Notes: generated by a model from the sequence alone, not told the origin. DNA of 64,000 nucleotides from Trueperaceae bacterium (GCA_965213705.1 OZ243913.1:576001-640000), one strand, 5' to 3'. Shown: positions 28,855-39,122, counted from the stretch's first letter. Made by a program: numbers and translations.

Positions 28855-29251
28855 GCTTTTGGCCGCCTTTGGACTTTTGGCGTTGCACGTTGGTTTTTAC
28901 ACCGCGACCGTGCAAGAGTGTTTTCGACACCTAGTGCGAAGCCCGCTCTGAGGTGACGCTGCAAAGCGGCGCGGCAGGCTTGGGGCGGCTCAGCTCGAAA
29001 AAAACCGGGGGGTGAACGGCATGTGACGGGGGCAATTCCGAGGAGCGGAAAACCACAACGAGGCACAAGTTCGGGATTGTAAAGAAGGCTATAAAGTCTA
29101 AGACCGTTTCCGGTTGATTCCTTTAGGAGTCAACCCGAGTGGAACGAGAAGAAAAGACTACGGATTGTGATAAGAAGCGGGAAAACCTTTTCCGAGTTTG
29201 TTCAGCGTATTATCGCAATCCGAATAAGACTGTAAAACCTGAGGAGGAAAA

Positions 29252-29659
29252 ATGTCAGCTATCCAAGAAATGTTGAGAACTCACCCGCAACAACCCCAAG
29301 TCAGTATGGACGTGCTCACCGAGTGTATTCAAGCCTGTTTCGAATGCGCCCAAGTCTGCACGAGTTGTGCCGACGCCTGCCTCGCTGAGGACATGGTCGC
29401 GGACCTGCGCTACTGTATCCGCACCAACTTGGACTGCGCCGACGTTTGCAACACCACAGGCCGCGTGTTGGCGCGCCAGACCGAGCCCGACTGGGGCATC
29501 GTCCGCGCTCAACTTCAGGCGTGCCACGTCGCCTGTAAAGCCTGCGGCGACGAGTGTGAGAAGCACAAAAACATGCACGAACACTGCGCGGTTTGCGTCC
29601 AGTCCTGCCGCCGCTGCGAACAAGCGTGTGAGAGCTTGCTGGCCGCGCTGCCCAACTAG
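29252..29659 (+). CDS. four-helix-bundle copper storage protein (DUF326/Csp3-like)
   Basis: Repeated CxxxC/CxxC motifs, MHEHCAVC; no signal peptide. Confidence 0.88.
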   Translation: MSAIQEMLRTHPQQPQVSMDVLTECIQACFECAQVCTSCADACLAEDMVADLRYCIRTNLDCADVCNTTGRVLARQTEPDWGIVRAQLQACHVACKACGDECEKHKNMHEHCAVCVQSCRRCEQACESLLAALPN

Positions 29660-29770
29660 CCCCGTTCAATCCGCCTCAAAGCGACAGTCGGCGCGGCGTG
29701 CCCAAGCTCACGCGCTGAGTGTCTGTAACGAATTCTCTATAGTGAACCGAGCAGCGCAAAAGGAACGAAC

Positions 29771-30226
29771 GTGAAAAACAACTACACCAGGTTTGCCGCC
29801 ATGATTTTTACCTCGACTGTCGTGATGTTTGGGCTCATGTACCTGAATACCTACGCGCTGGACCACGTCTATTTCAGTGAGACGAGGGCGTACATGGCGC
29901 TGCTGATGGGCGCGACGATGGCGATTATCATGCTGGGGTTTATGCTGGGTATGTACGAGCGACGGCGCGTCAACATCGGCATCTTCGTCGGCAGCGTTGC
30001 GGTGTTCGCCCTGTCGTTGTGGCTGGTTCGGAGTCAGGAAACGGTCGGGGACGTCGCTTGGATGAAGGCGATGATTCCCCACCACTCCATCGCCATTCTG
30101 ACGAGTGAACGCGCGCACATTTCGGACCCCCGCGTGCGTGAACTCGCCGACGAGATTATCGAGGCACAACGCCGGGAAATCGACGAGATGAAAACGCTGC
30201 TGCGAGACCTCGAGGGTAGCCGGTGA
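29771..30226 (+). CDS. membrane-bound DUF305 protein
   Basis: Three TM helices, then MKAMIPHHSIAILTS...AQRREIDEM. Confidence 0.85.
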   Translation: MKNNYTRFAAMIFTSTVVMFGLMYLNTYALDHVYFSETRAYMALLMGATMAIIMLGFMLGMYERRRVNIGIFVGSVAVFALSLWLVRSQETVGDVAWMKAMIPHHSIAILTSERAHISDPRVRELADEIIEAQRREIDEMKTLLRDLEGSR

Positions 30227-30349
30227 GCTGAGGAGGTCGGGCTCGAGGCTGACTACAAGCCCGGTTTCTCAAGTAAGCTTTGTTTAAGAAGTGTCGACGG
30301 CTGGACGGCGCGTAAGCTGCGATAAACTGAGCACAAGAAAGAGGTACTT

Positions 30350-30547
30350 ATGGCAAGCGACAAGGACAACACGGAAGCCGGTGACACCCCCGACTACCCC
30401 CGCCACACCCCCGGCCAGGCCGAGGGAACGGTCGAAGACGTCGAGGGCGGCGGCTCCACAGACAGCGAACCCAAGACGGGCGTGAACCCCAAGAAACCCA
30501 GTCAAGCCGAGGGCGCGCCGGAAGACGTGGAGGATTCAGCAGATTGA
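30350..30547 (+). CDS. small acidic disordered protein with internal repeat
   Basis: RBS GAGG; PGQAEGTVEDVE and PSQAEGAPEDVE. Confidence 0.65.
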   Translation: MASDKDNTEAGDTPDYPRHTPGQAEGTVEDVEGGGSTDSEPKTGVNPKKPSQAEGAPEDVEDSAD

Positions 30548-30583
30548 GTTGCCTGCGGCCCTCACCCGCTCGAGGCCCTACCC

Positions 30584-31108
30584 GTGACACAACCCTTGCC
30601 GGACATTTTGGCACCTGCCCTAAAGGTGCTCTTCGTCGGCTTCAACCCGAGCCCGCGTTCGGCGGAACTGGGCCACAACTACGCCGGACGCGGCAACCAG
30701 TTCTGGCGGCTGTTGGCCGAGGCGGGGATGACCCCGCGGCTGTTGACACCCGAAGAGGACGCTGACTTACCGCAGTGGGGAATAGGCCTCACCAACCTCG
30801 TCGCCCGGCCGACCGTGGGTTCGGACGACTTGAGCCACGCCGAACTTCGCGCGGGCGTGCCGCGGCTGCGTGAACTGGTGGCAACGCAGCAGCCGGGAAT
30901 CGTCGCTTACACGGGCAAGGGTGTTTACCTGGCCGCAAGCGGCAAAAAAAGCGCGCCCTGGGGTTTGCAGGACGGTTCGCTCTTTGCCGGTGTGAAAGAC
31001 GTGGTCTTACCTTCCCCGAGCGGGCGGGTGCGCCTGAGTTTTGCGGACAAGTTAGGGCACTACCGCGCCTTGGCCGCTCTCCTTGACTCTCGAGCCCCAG
31101 AGTCCTAA
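30584..31108 (+). CDS. mug: mismatch-specific uracil-DNA glycosylase
   Basis: LFVGFNP, GHNYAGRGNQFWRLL, GLTNLVARPT, LPSPSG. Confidence 0.88.
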   Translation: MTQPLPDILAPALKVLFVGFNPSPRSAELGHNYAGRGNQFWRLLAEAGMTPRLLTPEEDADLPQWGIGLTNLVARPTVGSDDLSHAELRAGVPRLRELVATQQPGIVAYTGKGVYLAASGKKSAPWGLQDGSLFAGVKDVVLPSPSGRVRLSFADKLGHYRALAALLDSRAPES

Positions 31109-31117
31109 AATCGCCGC

Positions 31118-32371
31118 ATGACAAAGCTCGGTGTTTTTATCCTCGGTCTCGCCTTGTTGTTGAGTGCTTGCGGGGGTGAACGGCCCGTACGACCGCCCGA
31201 GCCTTTGCCCGGTCCTCAACTGATTTTGGACGACGCCTTCGGCACGCAGGGCCAAGTCAGGACGGGTCTCAAACAGTACAGTGAAAGCTACGCGGCCGTG
31301 TTGCAGCCTGACGGTAAGGTTGTCGCTGTCGGGACGACCAGTGACGGCGAAGACGCCTTTTTCGGCTTGGTTCGCTACCTCCCCGACGGGGCCCTGGACG
31401 CCTCTTTCGGTGACGGCGGCAAGGTCGTGACCGACCTGCAACCGCCCGGTACCTCCTTCCGCTCGGGTTTCCCTTACGCTGCCACGTTGCAACAAGACGG
31501 CAAGGTTGTCGTGGGAGGTGTGCTCTATAGCGGCGGCCCACGCTATGCCCGGCAGCTCGTGGTCATTCGCTACACGCCCGATGGCAAGTTAGACACGACC
31601 TTCGGCACGGGCGGTTTTTTCAGCTCTGAAACATTTGGTGAATCGGCCGCTTACGACGCGGCCGTCCAGCCGGACGGCAAAATCGTGGTCGTGGGCGAAC
31701 TTGGAGATGACACGCTGCTTTTGCGCTTGACGCCCGAGGGCGGTTTGGACCCAAGTTTCGGGACGGGCGGCTTTATCACCGCTTCGCTCTACGGGAGAGA
31801 AGCGAGTCTTGCTCTGACGAGGAATGGTCAGTACCTGGTAGGGTCGGGCAGGAGCCTCACCCGTTACAACCCGGACGGAAGCGTAGCCCCTTCTTTCAAG
31901 CGTTTGTTCGAATACGGGCCAGTAGACTTGGCTCTGCAGGCAGACGGTCGCATCATCGTCGGCGGAACCAGGAAGGTCAACTACGGCGATGGTTTGACGC
32001 TGCAAACATCGCCTCTTCCTTCTCAGACGGAAATGGTCGTGCAACGTCTTAGCGAAAACGGGGCCGTCGATCCAAACTTCGGGCAGGGTGGGGTCGCGGT
32101 GGTTGGCAGGGGAGGATACAGAACCTTGAAGGATTTAGCCGTGCAGCCCGACGGTAAAGTTGTTGTTTTGGATTACAACGCACTGGTGGCCCGGCTCAGC
32201 GCGGACGGCGCTTTAGAGGCCAGTACCGTGGGCACTTCCGAAACCGCCGTAACCACTTTGGTGACGCAAGACAACGCTATCCTCATCGTCGGTTCCGTCT
32301 CGAGCCGAAACGAGCACAAGTTCGCCCTCGCAAAGTTTCTGCCGCAAGCCGCCGGGGTTGAACGGCGCTGA
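31118..32371 (+). CDS. lipoprotein with delta-60 beta-propeller repeats
   Basis: Lipobox LLSAC; repeated QPDGK.V..G and DG.LD.SFG..G. Confidence 0.85.
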   Translation: MTKLGVFILGLALLLSACGGERPVRPPEPLPGPQLILDDAFGTQGQVRTGLKQYSESYAAVLQPDGKVVAVGTTSDGEDAFFGLVRYLPDGALDASFGDGGKVVTDLQPPGTSFRSGFPYAATLQQDGKVVVGGVLYSGGPRYARQLVVIRYTPDGKLDTTFGTGGFFSSETFGESAAYDAAVQPDGKIVVVGELGDDTLLLRLTPEGGLDPSFGTGGFITASLYGREASLALTRNGQYLVGSGRSLTRYNPDGSVAPSFKRLFEYGPVDLALQADGRIIVGGTRKVNYGDGLTLQTSPLPSQTEMVVQRLSENGAVDPNFGQGGVAVVGRGGYRTLKDLAVQPDGKVVVLDYNALVARLSADGALEASTVGTSETAVTTLVTQDNAILIVGSVSSRNEHKFALAKFLPQAAGVERR

Positions 32372-32433
32372 CTCGAGCCTGAGTAGTTCGTCTCCGAAAA
32401 GTTTTCAGGCTGTCCGCTCCAACCGGCTTACCG

Positions 32434-32724
32434 TCAACCCAACTGCTTCTCCAGCTCGGCGGCGGCGTGGTCGAACTGGTCGGTGAGCCTTCGCAACGCT
32501 TCTAGATCCTGCGCCTCGTTCAAAAACGTTTCAAAATAGCTCGCCAGCAGTTTGTGCGTCTCGCCGCTGGCCCTGACCGTGTCCATGCCCAGCGCTCTCA
32601 GCGCGGCGTAGCGGTTGAGCGCGGTTTCTTTGAGAAGTTCTGTAAAAACCTGTTGCGTGTCCACGTGTACTCCTGTCTTGCTCGTGGGGTTGTCAGGGTT
32701 GTTTTGTCGAGGTTGTTTTGTCAA
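32434..32724 (-). CDS. hypothetical protein
   Basis: Helical-looking ORF co-oriented with the amidase; start uncertain. Confidence 0.5.
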   Translation of the reverse strand: MTKQPRQNNPDNPTSKTGVHVDTQQVFTELLKETALNRYAALRALGMDTVRASGETHKLLASYFETFLNEAQDLEALRRLTDQFDHAAAELEKQLG

Positions 32725-32743
32725 GGTTGCTTGGCAGCGCGGC

Positions 32744-33043
32744 TCACCGGGCGTCTCGAGCGAGAAGCTGTTCGGCTACGCTTTCCCACTCCGACTCTAA
32801 ACCCACCTCGGGGAGGGTTGCCCCGGCGCGCTCGTACCAGTAGCGCGCGTTCGCGTCGTCGCCTTCTTTGCGGTGGAGGTAGGCGTGGACGAGCGCGGCG
32901 TCCCGGCCGTCATCATCTTGAGCGAAGGTGTGTGCGGCCTGCCAGTTGCCGAACCCATCGGCCCACAGGGCTTTCAGGGCGGGGCTGAGGTCGTCGGGCA
33001 CGGTTTGGCGTGAGAGGCTGTCTTTGAACTCCGGTAGCGTCAT
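32744..33043 (-). CDS. conserved hypothetical protein
   Basis: W..AH...Q, HAYLHRKEGD..NARYWY. Confidence 0.75.
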   Translation of the reverse strand: MTLPEFKDSLSRQTVPDDLSPALKALWADGFGNWQAAHTFAQDDDGRDAALVHAYLHRKEGDDANARYWYERAGATLPEVGLESEWESVAEQLLARDAR

Positions 33044-33051
33044 AGCTCAGT

Positions 33052-34542
33052 TTAGACGCCCAAGCTTGGCACAAACTGCGGGGGCTGACGCACTTGCGTG
33101 GCTTGCTCTAAAGCGTAGGCGAACCCGAGCAGCGTGGCCTCCCGGTACGCCGCGCCGAAAAAAGAGATCCCCACGGGCAAACCGTCGACGTAGCCCGCAG
33201 GCACGGTGAGGTTCGGGTAACCCGCCACCGCCGCGAACGACGAGCTGCTGCCCAGGTAACGGTCGCCGTTGACGAGGTCGGTCGTCCAGGCGGGGCCGTT
33301 GGACGGCGCGACGAGGGCGTCGAGCTTGTGTTTCTCCAACACTGCGTCGATGCCCTCGGCGCGGGTCAGGCGGTGGTTGTCGCGCAGGGCTTGCAGGTAG
33401 GTTTTATCGGTCAGGGGACCTTTTTCAAGGGCTTTCTCGAGGTGCTTCTGGTCGAAATACTTCAACATCGCGCCGCTGTTTTCCCGGTTGAAGGCGATGA
33501 CATCCTCGAGACTTTTGATCGGCGCGTCCGGCCCCAAACTTTCAAAGTAAGCGTTCAGGCCGTGTTTGTACTCGTAGAGCATCACCTCGTACTCGCTTTC
33601 CTCGAACTTGCCCTTGGTCTCGAGGTTGGCATCCTCGACCAACTCTGCGCCCAAACTTTTCATGACCTCGAGGGCGTTTTCAACCACGGCGTCGGCCCGG
33701 TGGTGAAACCCGAACAGGTTGCGCGCCACGCCGATGCGCGCGCCTTGCAGGCCGTTGGTGCTCAAGCCGCTCGTGTAGTCGCTGAGCGCTTTGCCGTCGC
33801 TGTTTTGAGTGGCGGGGTCCGCGGGGTCGACGCCCGTCATGGCTCCCAACAAAATCGCCGCGTCCATCACGCTACGCGCCATCGGCCCGGCGGTGTCCTG
33901 CGAGGACGAGATAGGGATAATTCCGCTGCGGCTGACCAGGCCCACAGTGGGTTTTAAGCCGACGACGCCGTTGACCGACGCCGGGCAGGTTATCGAGCCG
34001 TCGGTTTCGGTGCCGACGGCCGCCGCACACAGGTTCGCCGCCACCGCCACGCCCGAGCCCGACGAGGAGCCGCAGGGGTTGCGGTCTAGGACGTACGGGT
34101 TTTTGGTCTGCCCGCCGCGGCTGCTCCAGCCGCTGCTCGAGAACGACGCCCGAAAGTTCGCCCACTCGCTCAGGTTCGTCTTGCCGAGGATTACCGCGCC
34201 CGCCGCGCGGAGTTGGGTAACCAAAAAAGCGTCTTGCAGGGGCGTTGAGCCCTCCAGCGCCAGCGAGCCCGCGGTGGTCGTCATGTCGGCGGTGTCGATG
34301 TTGTCCTTGAGCATCACGGGCACGCCGTGGAGGAGTCCGCGCACCCGGCCCATACCTCGCTCAGCGTCGAGTGCGTCGGCTACGGCAAGCGCCTCGTCGT
34401 TGAGTTCGATGACCGAGTTGAGGGTGGGGCCGTTTTTGTCGAGCCGTTCGATGCGCTCCAAGTACGCCTCGGTGACGGTACGCGCGGTCAGTTCGCCGGA
34501 GGCCATTTTTTCTTGCAGTTGCGAGATGCCGAGTTCTTCCAT
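33052..34542 (-). CDS. amidase signature family amidase
   Basis: KDNIDT, GKTNLSEWANFR, GSSSGS, GTETDGSI. Confidence 0.93.
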   Translation of the reverse strand: MEELGISQLQEKMASGELTARTVTEAYLERIERLDKNGPTLNSVIELNDEALAVADALDAERGMGRVRGLLHGVPVMLKDNIDTADMTTTAGSLALEGSTPLQDAFLVTQLRAAGAVILGKTNLSEWANFRASFSSSGWSSRGGQTKNPYVLDRNPCGSSSGSGVAVAANLCAAAVGTETDGSITCPASVNGVVGLKPTVGLVSRSGIIPISSSQDTAGPMARSVMDAAILLGAMTGVDPADPATQNSDGKALSDYTSGLSTNGLQGARIGVARNLFGFHHRADAVVENALEVMKSLGAELVEDANLETKGKFEESEYEVMLYEYKHGLNAYFESLGPDAPIKSLEDVIAFNRENSGAMLKYFDQKHLEKALEKGPLTDKTYLQALRDNHRLTRAEGIDAVLEKHKLDALVAPSNGPAWTTDLVNGDRYLGSSSSFAAVAGYPNLTVPAGYVDGLPVGISFFGAAYREATLLGFAYALEQATQVRQPPQFVPSLGV

Positions 34543-34650
34543 AGGCGAGTTTACCGCCTCGAAAAAGACACAGCTTGGGGTCTCGAGCGCTGCCGCCGAA
34601 GCCAGGACATTTGTACCGGCTTTATGAATGAACGTTCACTATAATACTTT

Positions 34651-35229
34651 ATGTTTACACAAAAAGTACCCCCTGAACCCACGCGTCGCGAACGACTGCT
34701 GGAGAGCGCCCTCGAGCTTTTCGCCGAGCGCGGGTACGCCGGAACCAGCGTCAAGGCCATCGCCGAGCGTGCCGGCGTTTCCCAAGGGCTGCTTTATGTC
34801 CACTTCGCCGACAAGCAAGCCCTGCTCGCGGCGCTGTTCGCAAAAGGGATGAGCGACGTCCGCTCGACACTCGTCTCCGACACGGCCGACTCAACCCTTA
34901 CCGGGGTGGGGCGCTTGGCGGCGCTTTTAGACAAAACGTACAAGCTTGTGCAGACCGGTCGGCCTTTCTGGCAACTGTTTTACACCCTGCGCTTTCAGAT
35001 GGCGGCGCTTGAGGCGCTCGGTTCCACCTTGCAAACCGGGTTGGCGGCCCTCCGGGGTGAGTTGGAAAGCGTGTGCAAAGACCTGAACTTGCCCGAGCCC
35101 GAGTTGGAGGCGCGGCTTCTTTTCGCAACCATCGACGGCGTCTGCCAACACGCCACCGTAGAGCCCGACTACCCTTTCAAAGAGGTTTTCGAACACCTGC
35201 TCAGCACCTATCAGGAGGTACCGTCATGA
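34651..35229 (+). CDS. TetR-family regulator
   Basis: HTH IAERAGVSQGLLYVHF; upstream palindrome TGAACGTTCA beside TATAAT-N5-ATG. Confidence 0.9.
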   Translation: MFTQKVPPEPTRRERLLESALELFAERGYAGTSVKAIAERAGVSQGLLYVHFADKQALLAALFAKGMSDVRSTLVSDTADSTLTGVGRLAALLDKTYKLVQTGRPFWQLFYTLRFQMAALEALGSTLQTGLAALRGELESVCKDLNLPEPELEARLLFATIDGVCQHATVEPDYPFKEVFEHLLSTYQEVPS

Positions 35230-36080
35230 CCCGACCCCCGTGGCTCGACACGTCGCTTTATCCCTTCGCCTCACATCGGCTCGAGGTCGGTCCGGGGCGT
35301 ATGCACTACGTCGACGAAGGCGCGGGCACCCCCGTCGTCATGGTCCACGGCACGCCGAGCTGGTCGTTTTTGTACCGGCACCTTATCAAAGAGGTGTCGC
35401 CGGAGTACCGCTGCGTCGCGCCCGACAACCTCGGCTTCGGCTTATCGGACAAACCCGAAGGATTTCCTTACACGCCCGCGGCGCACGCTGCAAACCTAGA
35501 AACCCTCATCGACACGCTCGGTCTCAAAGACATCGTCTTGGTCGTCCACGACTTCGGCGGCCCCATCGGTTTGTCGTACGCGCTTCAGCACCCCGAGAAC
35601 GTGCGGGCGCTGGTGGTGATGAACACGTGGCTGTGGCACAACCGCCCGCTCGAGCGAGCGGGGGGGCTGCTCGCCAACAGGTTCGGCAGGTTTCTTTACA
35701 GACAGCTCAACTTCGAAGCGCTGATACTGCGCTCGGTCTTTGCGGACGAGGTCTTGACGAAAGAACTTCTCCGGCACTACCTCGGCCCGTTCCCGACGCC
35801 TGCGAGCCGGGAACCGCTCTTCGCTTTTCTCGACACGATTCACGCTTCCAACACCTGGTTCGAATCGCTGTGGGCCGAACGTGAGGCTATCGCCGACAAA
35901 CCGGCGCTGCTGCTGTGGGGCGTGAAAGACAGGCTCGTACCGCCGAGCTTTTTGGCGCGCTGGCAAGAACTGTTGACGAACGCGAAAACCCTCGAGCTTG
36001 ACGCGGGCCACTTCGTCCAGGAAGAGGCGAGCGAGCGGGTCGCGCGGGCCGTCGGAGATTTTTTGAGGTCGGTGGCTTAA
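35226..36080 (+). CDS. alpha/beta hydrolase (haloalkane dehalogenase-like)
   Basis: MHYVDEG, HGTPSWSFLYR, VVHDFGGP, AGHFVQE. Confidence 0.88.
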   Translation: MTRPPWLDTSLYPFASHRLEVGPGRMHYVDEGAGTPVVMVHGTPSWSFLYRHLIKEVSPEYRCVAPDNLGFGLSDKPEGFPYTPAAHAANLETLIDTLGLKDIVLVVHDFGGPIGLSYALQHPENVRALVVMNTWLWHNRPLERAGGLLANRFGRFLYRQLNFEALILRSVFADEVLTKELLRHYLGPFPTPASREPLFAFLDTIHASNTWFESLWAEREAIADKPALLLWGVKDRLVPPSFLARWQELLTNAKTLELDAGHFVQEEASERVARAVGDFLRSVA

Positions 36081-36115
36081 CTTAGGCGGGCGCTCGGTAA
36101 AAGTCGGCCGTTCGG

Positions 36116-36985
36116 TCAAGGCGCTCGACTTGTGCTTGCACCGCCTTTTAGCCCTTGCAACTCTCCGAACGTCACCAGCCGAATCCCGCACGCCTCGACT
36201 TTACGCCGCATCCGCGGGTCGGTCAGTGCGCGCAACTCGGTTTCGCGGCCCCGGTAGGCGTCGGCGGGCACGTCCAGGTAACCGGGGTGGCAGACCAACT
36301 CGGTGACGCCGTGAGGCAGCGCGCCCAGAATACGCAGCAGCGTCTCGGGCGTCGCGCCGCGGTCGAAAAAGCGCACCTCCAGGGCGTCGGGTTCCAGGGA
36401 GACGCGCGCGTACACGCCCATAAACGTCCCCGTCGACCAGCTTTTGAACAGTGAGGCGGCGGTGTGGCCGCCCACGCTCGGCTCGCGCTCGACGCGCAAA
36501 CCCGGCAGACCGCCGCGGCGGACGGGCAGAGCGTGGGCGTCGGCTAAGTCGAGCATCACCGCGCGGCAGACCGGGCTGAGCGAGCCGACGAGCTGGTGCG
36601 AGTCGAGGTGGTCGGGGAGAACACCCGCGAGTTCGACGAAGCGCGCCAACTGCGCTTCCAGCTCGAGCCGCACCTGCGCTAAGTGCCAGCGGCGCGTAGA
36701 AAAAAAGCCCCGCGTCACCCCGACGAACCGCCCGCCCGCGTCCACCAAACTCGGCACTTGCTCGGGTGGCAGCAGCGGCCGGCCGAAGGTGAGGTTGAGG
36801 TGCAACCCCAAACCCAGCGCGGGCGCGCGCCGCTGCACCAGCGCTATCCCCGCCGCCGCACCCGGCAGGTTGGCGAGCACGGTCGTCGAGGTGACGATGC
36901 CGCGCTCGTGCGCCTCTAAAATGCCCCGGTCAACCCCCGACGACAGCCCGAGGTCGTCGGCGTTGACGATCAAAAACTTGCTCAC
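36116..36985 (-). CDS. ChbG/HpnK (YdjC) family deacetylase
   Basis: NADDLG, GLHLNL, HLDSHQ, ELVCHPG. Confidence 0.88.
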   Translation of the reverse strand: MSKFLIVNADDLGLSSGVDRGILEAHERGIVTSTTVLANLPGAAAGIALVQRRAPALGLGLHLNLTFGRPLLPPEQVPSLVDAGGRFVGVTRGFFSTRRWHLAQVRLELEAQLARFVELAGVLPDHLDSHQLVGSLSPVCRAVMLDLADAHALPVRRGGLPGLRVEREPSVGGHTAASLFKSWSTGTFMGVYARVSLEPDALEVRFFDRGATPETLLRILGALPHGVTELVCHPGYLDVPADAYRGRETELRALTDPRMRRKVEACGIRLVTFGELQGLKGGASTSRAP

Positions 36986-36988
36986 CGT

Positions 36989-37783
36989 TTATTCACTGGG
37001 CTGAGACGTGGTCGGCGGTAAGCCACTGCGGATAAGGGTTGAAAAGTCCGAACTGTCCCGGTAATGCCTGGCCGCCGCCTTGACGTTGTAGCGTTCGCGC
37101 AGCGCCTCGAGCGGCAAAGTCGTGTCGACGAACCCGCGCCGGTAGAGCGCTTTGTCCGACCAACCCGGCAACACCTTGGCGGGCAGGAGCGCCGGGAATG
37201 CGCCGGGGACGACCCTGTTCAAGTGCTCGAACAAGTTGGTCGTGCAGTTGTCGGTGACGCTGTTGTAAAACCGGGGCCGCTCGGCGAGCCGGTTGGCTTC
37301 AACCAACACGTCGAGGAGGAGCGCCCGCACCTTGGCGGGCGGCAGCTTGAGGGGGTAGAGGTAAACGTCGTGGTCGAGGTAGTGCGTGCGGCGCAGCACG
37401 AAGTCGCGTTCGGTGCCGAACAGGTACATCAGCTCGAACTCGCGCTGCAAACCCTTGACAATCGAGTAGCTTTCGCCCCGCTCCCGCCGCGCCTCGACCG
37501 ACAGGGCCAAGACCTCGCCACCCGCAAACTCGAAGCTGAAAAAAGTGTGGGCGATGGCCTGAAGCGCGCTGAACGACTCGATGACGAACCACAGACGCTT
37601 GACTCTGGACAGGTCGTAGGTGCGGTCGGTAACCGTGACTTTGTAGAGGGTGCCGGGGTCGCCGTAGGTCGTGTCGCGCACGTTGCTGAGGTGCAGTTCG
37701 TCGCCCTGCAAGGTCGCGCGGCTGAGCGCGGCCATGTCGGGGTCCCAGGTGCGGTCGTTGGAGGGCGTTTTGCGCTCAAACAT
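36989..37783 (-). CDS. DUF4105 (Lnb-like) domain protein
   Basis: PSNDRTW, AHTFFSF, SVEARRE, FYNSVTDNCTT. Confidence 0.8.
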   Translation of the reverse strand: MFERKTPSNDRTWDPDMAALSRATLQGDELHLSNVRDTTYGDPGTLYKVTVTDRTYDLSRVKRLWFVIESFSALQAIAHTFFSFEFAGGEVLALSVEARRERGESYSIVKGLQREFELMYLFGTERDFVLRRTHYLDHDVYLYPLKLPPAKVRALLLDVLVEANRLAERPRFYNSVTDNCTTNLFEHLNRVVPGAFPALLPAKVLPGWSDKALYRRGFVDTTLPLEALRERYNVKAAARHYRDSSDFSTLIRSGLPPTTSQPSE

Positions 37784-37986
37784 GCTTCAGCCTAGCTTAC
37801 CAAAGCCGCTCGGTGCGCTCGGTAAAGCGGCAGGACGACTGCTCTAGGTTCCAAGTTCGCTTTGCGAGTTGAGCTTGCCGGGACGACATTGTCAAGACGA
37901 CTTTGGTTCAGAAGCCAGTTTCTCATTGCGAGAGGTGTTAACGTTTGCGGTCGCGCGTAAACAGTTTGCGCAAGAAAGGACAAGAC

Positions 37987-39108
37987 ATGACACACGCTCG
38001 AGGTTTTTACCTTTTGGCAACCCTGCTGGTAGCGAGCTTGCTAGGCTTGGCAACGGCTCAAGACGACACTGTTCAAGGCGACCCGGTCGTCCTGCGGCTC
38101 GGCGACAGGGTCGAGACGCGGAGCGCCTTTGACGACAGCTTCGAAGTCGCCATGCGGGGCGTCGCTTCGCAACAGGGCGCGGAGTTGGACGACGCCCTGC
38201 GCGAACAGCTCAGCGTTTTTAAACCGCAGTTTTTAGAACAGCGGGCCACCGAACTCGCCCTCGTCGCCGAGGCCGAGCTGCGCGGCTTGAGCGTCAGTGA
38301 CGAAGAACTAGAGACGGAAGTCACGGCCTTGGAAGACAGCTTGAACGAGGACGAAACGCTTTCCACCGTCGTCACCGAAGCCGGGTTCAGGGACGAGGCG
38401 GCGCTCCGCGCTTACTTGAGTGAGCGTTTGCTGGTGCAAAAAGTCGTCGCCGCGCTCCGCGAGGAAGCCGCGCCGAGCGACGACGAGGTGCAAGCCGCTT
38501 ACGACGCTCGAGCCGAAACCTTCACCCAACCCGAGCAGGTCTGCGCCCGCCACATCCTCGTCGACAGCGAAGAAAAAGCCCAAACCATCCTCGAGCAGCT
38601 CGAAAACGGCGCGGACTTTGCCGAACTCGCCACTTCTGAGAGCACCGACCCCGGCTCGGGCGCGAACGGCGGCGACTTAGGCTGCTTCGAACAAGCGAGC
38701 ATGGTCGAACCCTTCGGTGAGGCGGCCTTTGCGGCCGAACTGAACACGCCCGTCGGGCCGGTGCAGACCCAGTTCGGTTACCACCTTATCGAAGTTTACG
38801 ACCGCCAAGAAGCCGGGCAACTCTCCCTGGACGAGGTACGTCCGCAGCTCGAGCAAGAGTTGGCCCAAGAAAAGTTCGGCACCGAAATCGAAACCCTCCG
38901 CGCCGACTCCGGCGTCGAAGTTTTCCCCGAAGCCGCGGGCCTCAATCCTGAAACCCAGCCTGATGGTAGCGAAACTGGGGGCGAAACCGGTGGCGCAACC
39001 GGCAGCGAGACGGGTGGGGCGCAAGACGGTGAGACGGGCGGCGCTCAGGGTCAAGAAACCGGCGGCAGTGCCCAGGACGGCGAAACGGGTGGGGCGGACG
39101 GGCAGTAA
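37987..39108 (+). CDS. PpiC/PrsA-type peptidyl-prolyl isomerase
   Basis: Signal peptide; CARHILV, GGDLG, TQFGYHLI; ETGG-repeat tail. Confidence 0.9.
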   Translation: MTHARGFYLLATLLVASLLGLATAQDDTVQGDPVVLRLGDRVETRSAFDDSFEVAMRGVASQQGAELDDALREQLSVFKPQFLEQRATELALVAEAELRGLSVSDEELETEVTALEDSLNEDETLSTVVTEAGFRDEAALRAYLSERLLVQKVVAALREEAAPSDDEVQAAYDARAETFTQPEQVCARHILVDSEEKAQTILEQLENGADFAELATSESTDPGSGANGGDLGCFEQASMVEPFGEAAFAAELNTPVGPVQTQFGYHLIEVYDRQEAGQLSLDEVRPQLEQELAQEKFGTEIETLRADSGVEVFPEAAGLNPETQPDGSETGGETGGATGSETGGAQDGETGGAQGQETGGSAQDGETGGADGQ

Positions 39109-39122
39109 ACAGAAAATGAGAT

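Noticed and set aside
28855..29250. 400-bp intergenic region as an ncRNA
   Set aside because: Only a weak TTGCACG/CGTGCAA stem and no recognisable family motif.
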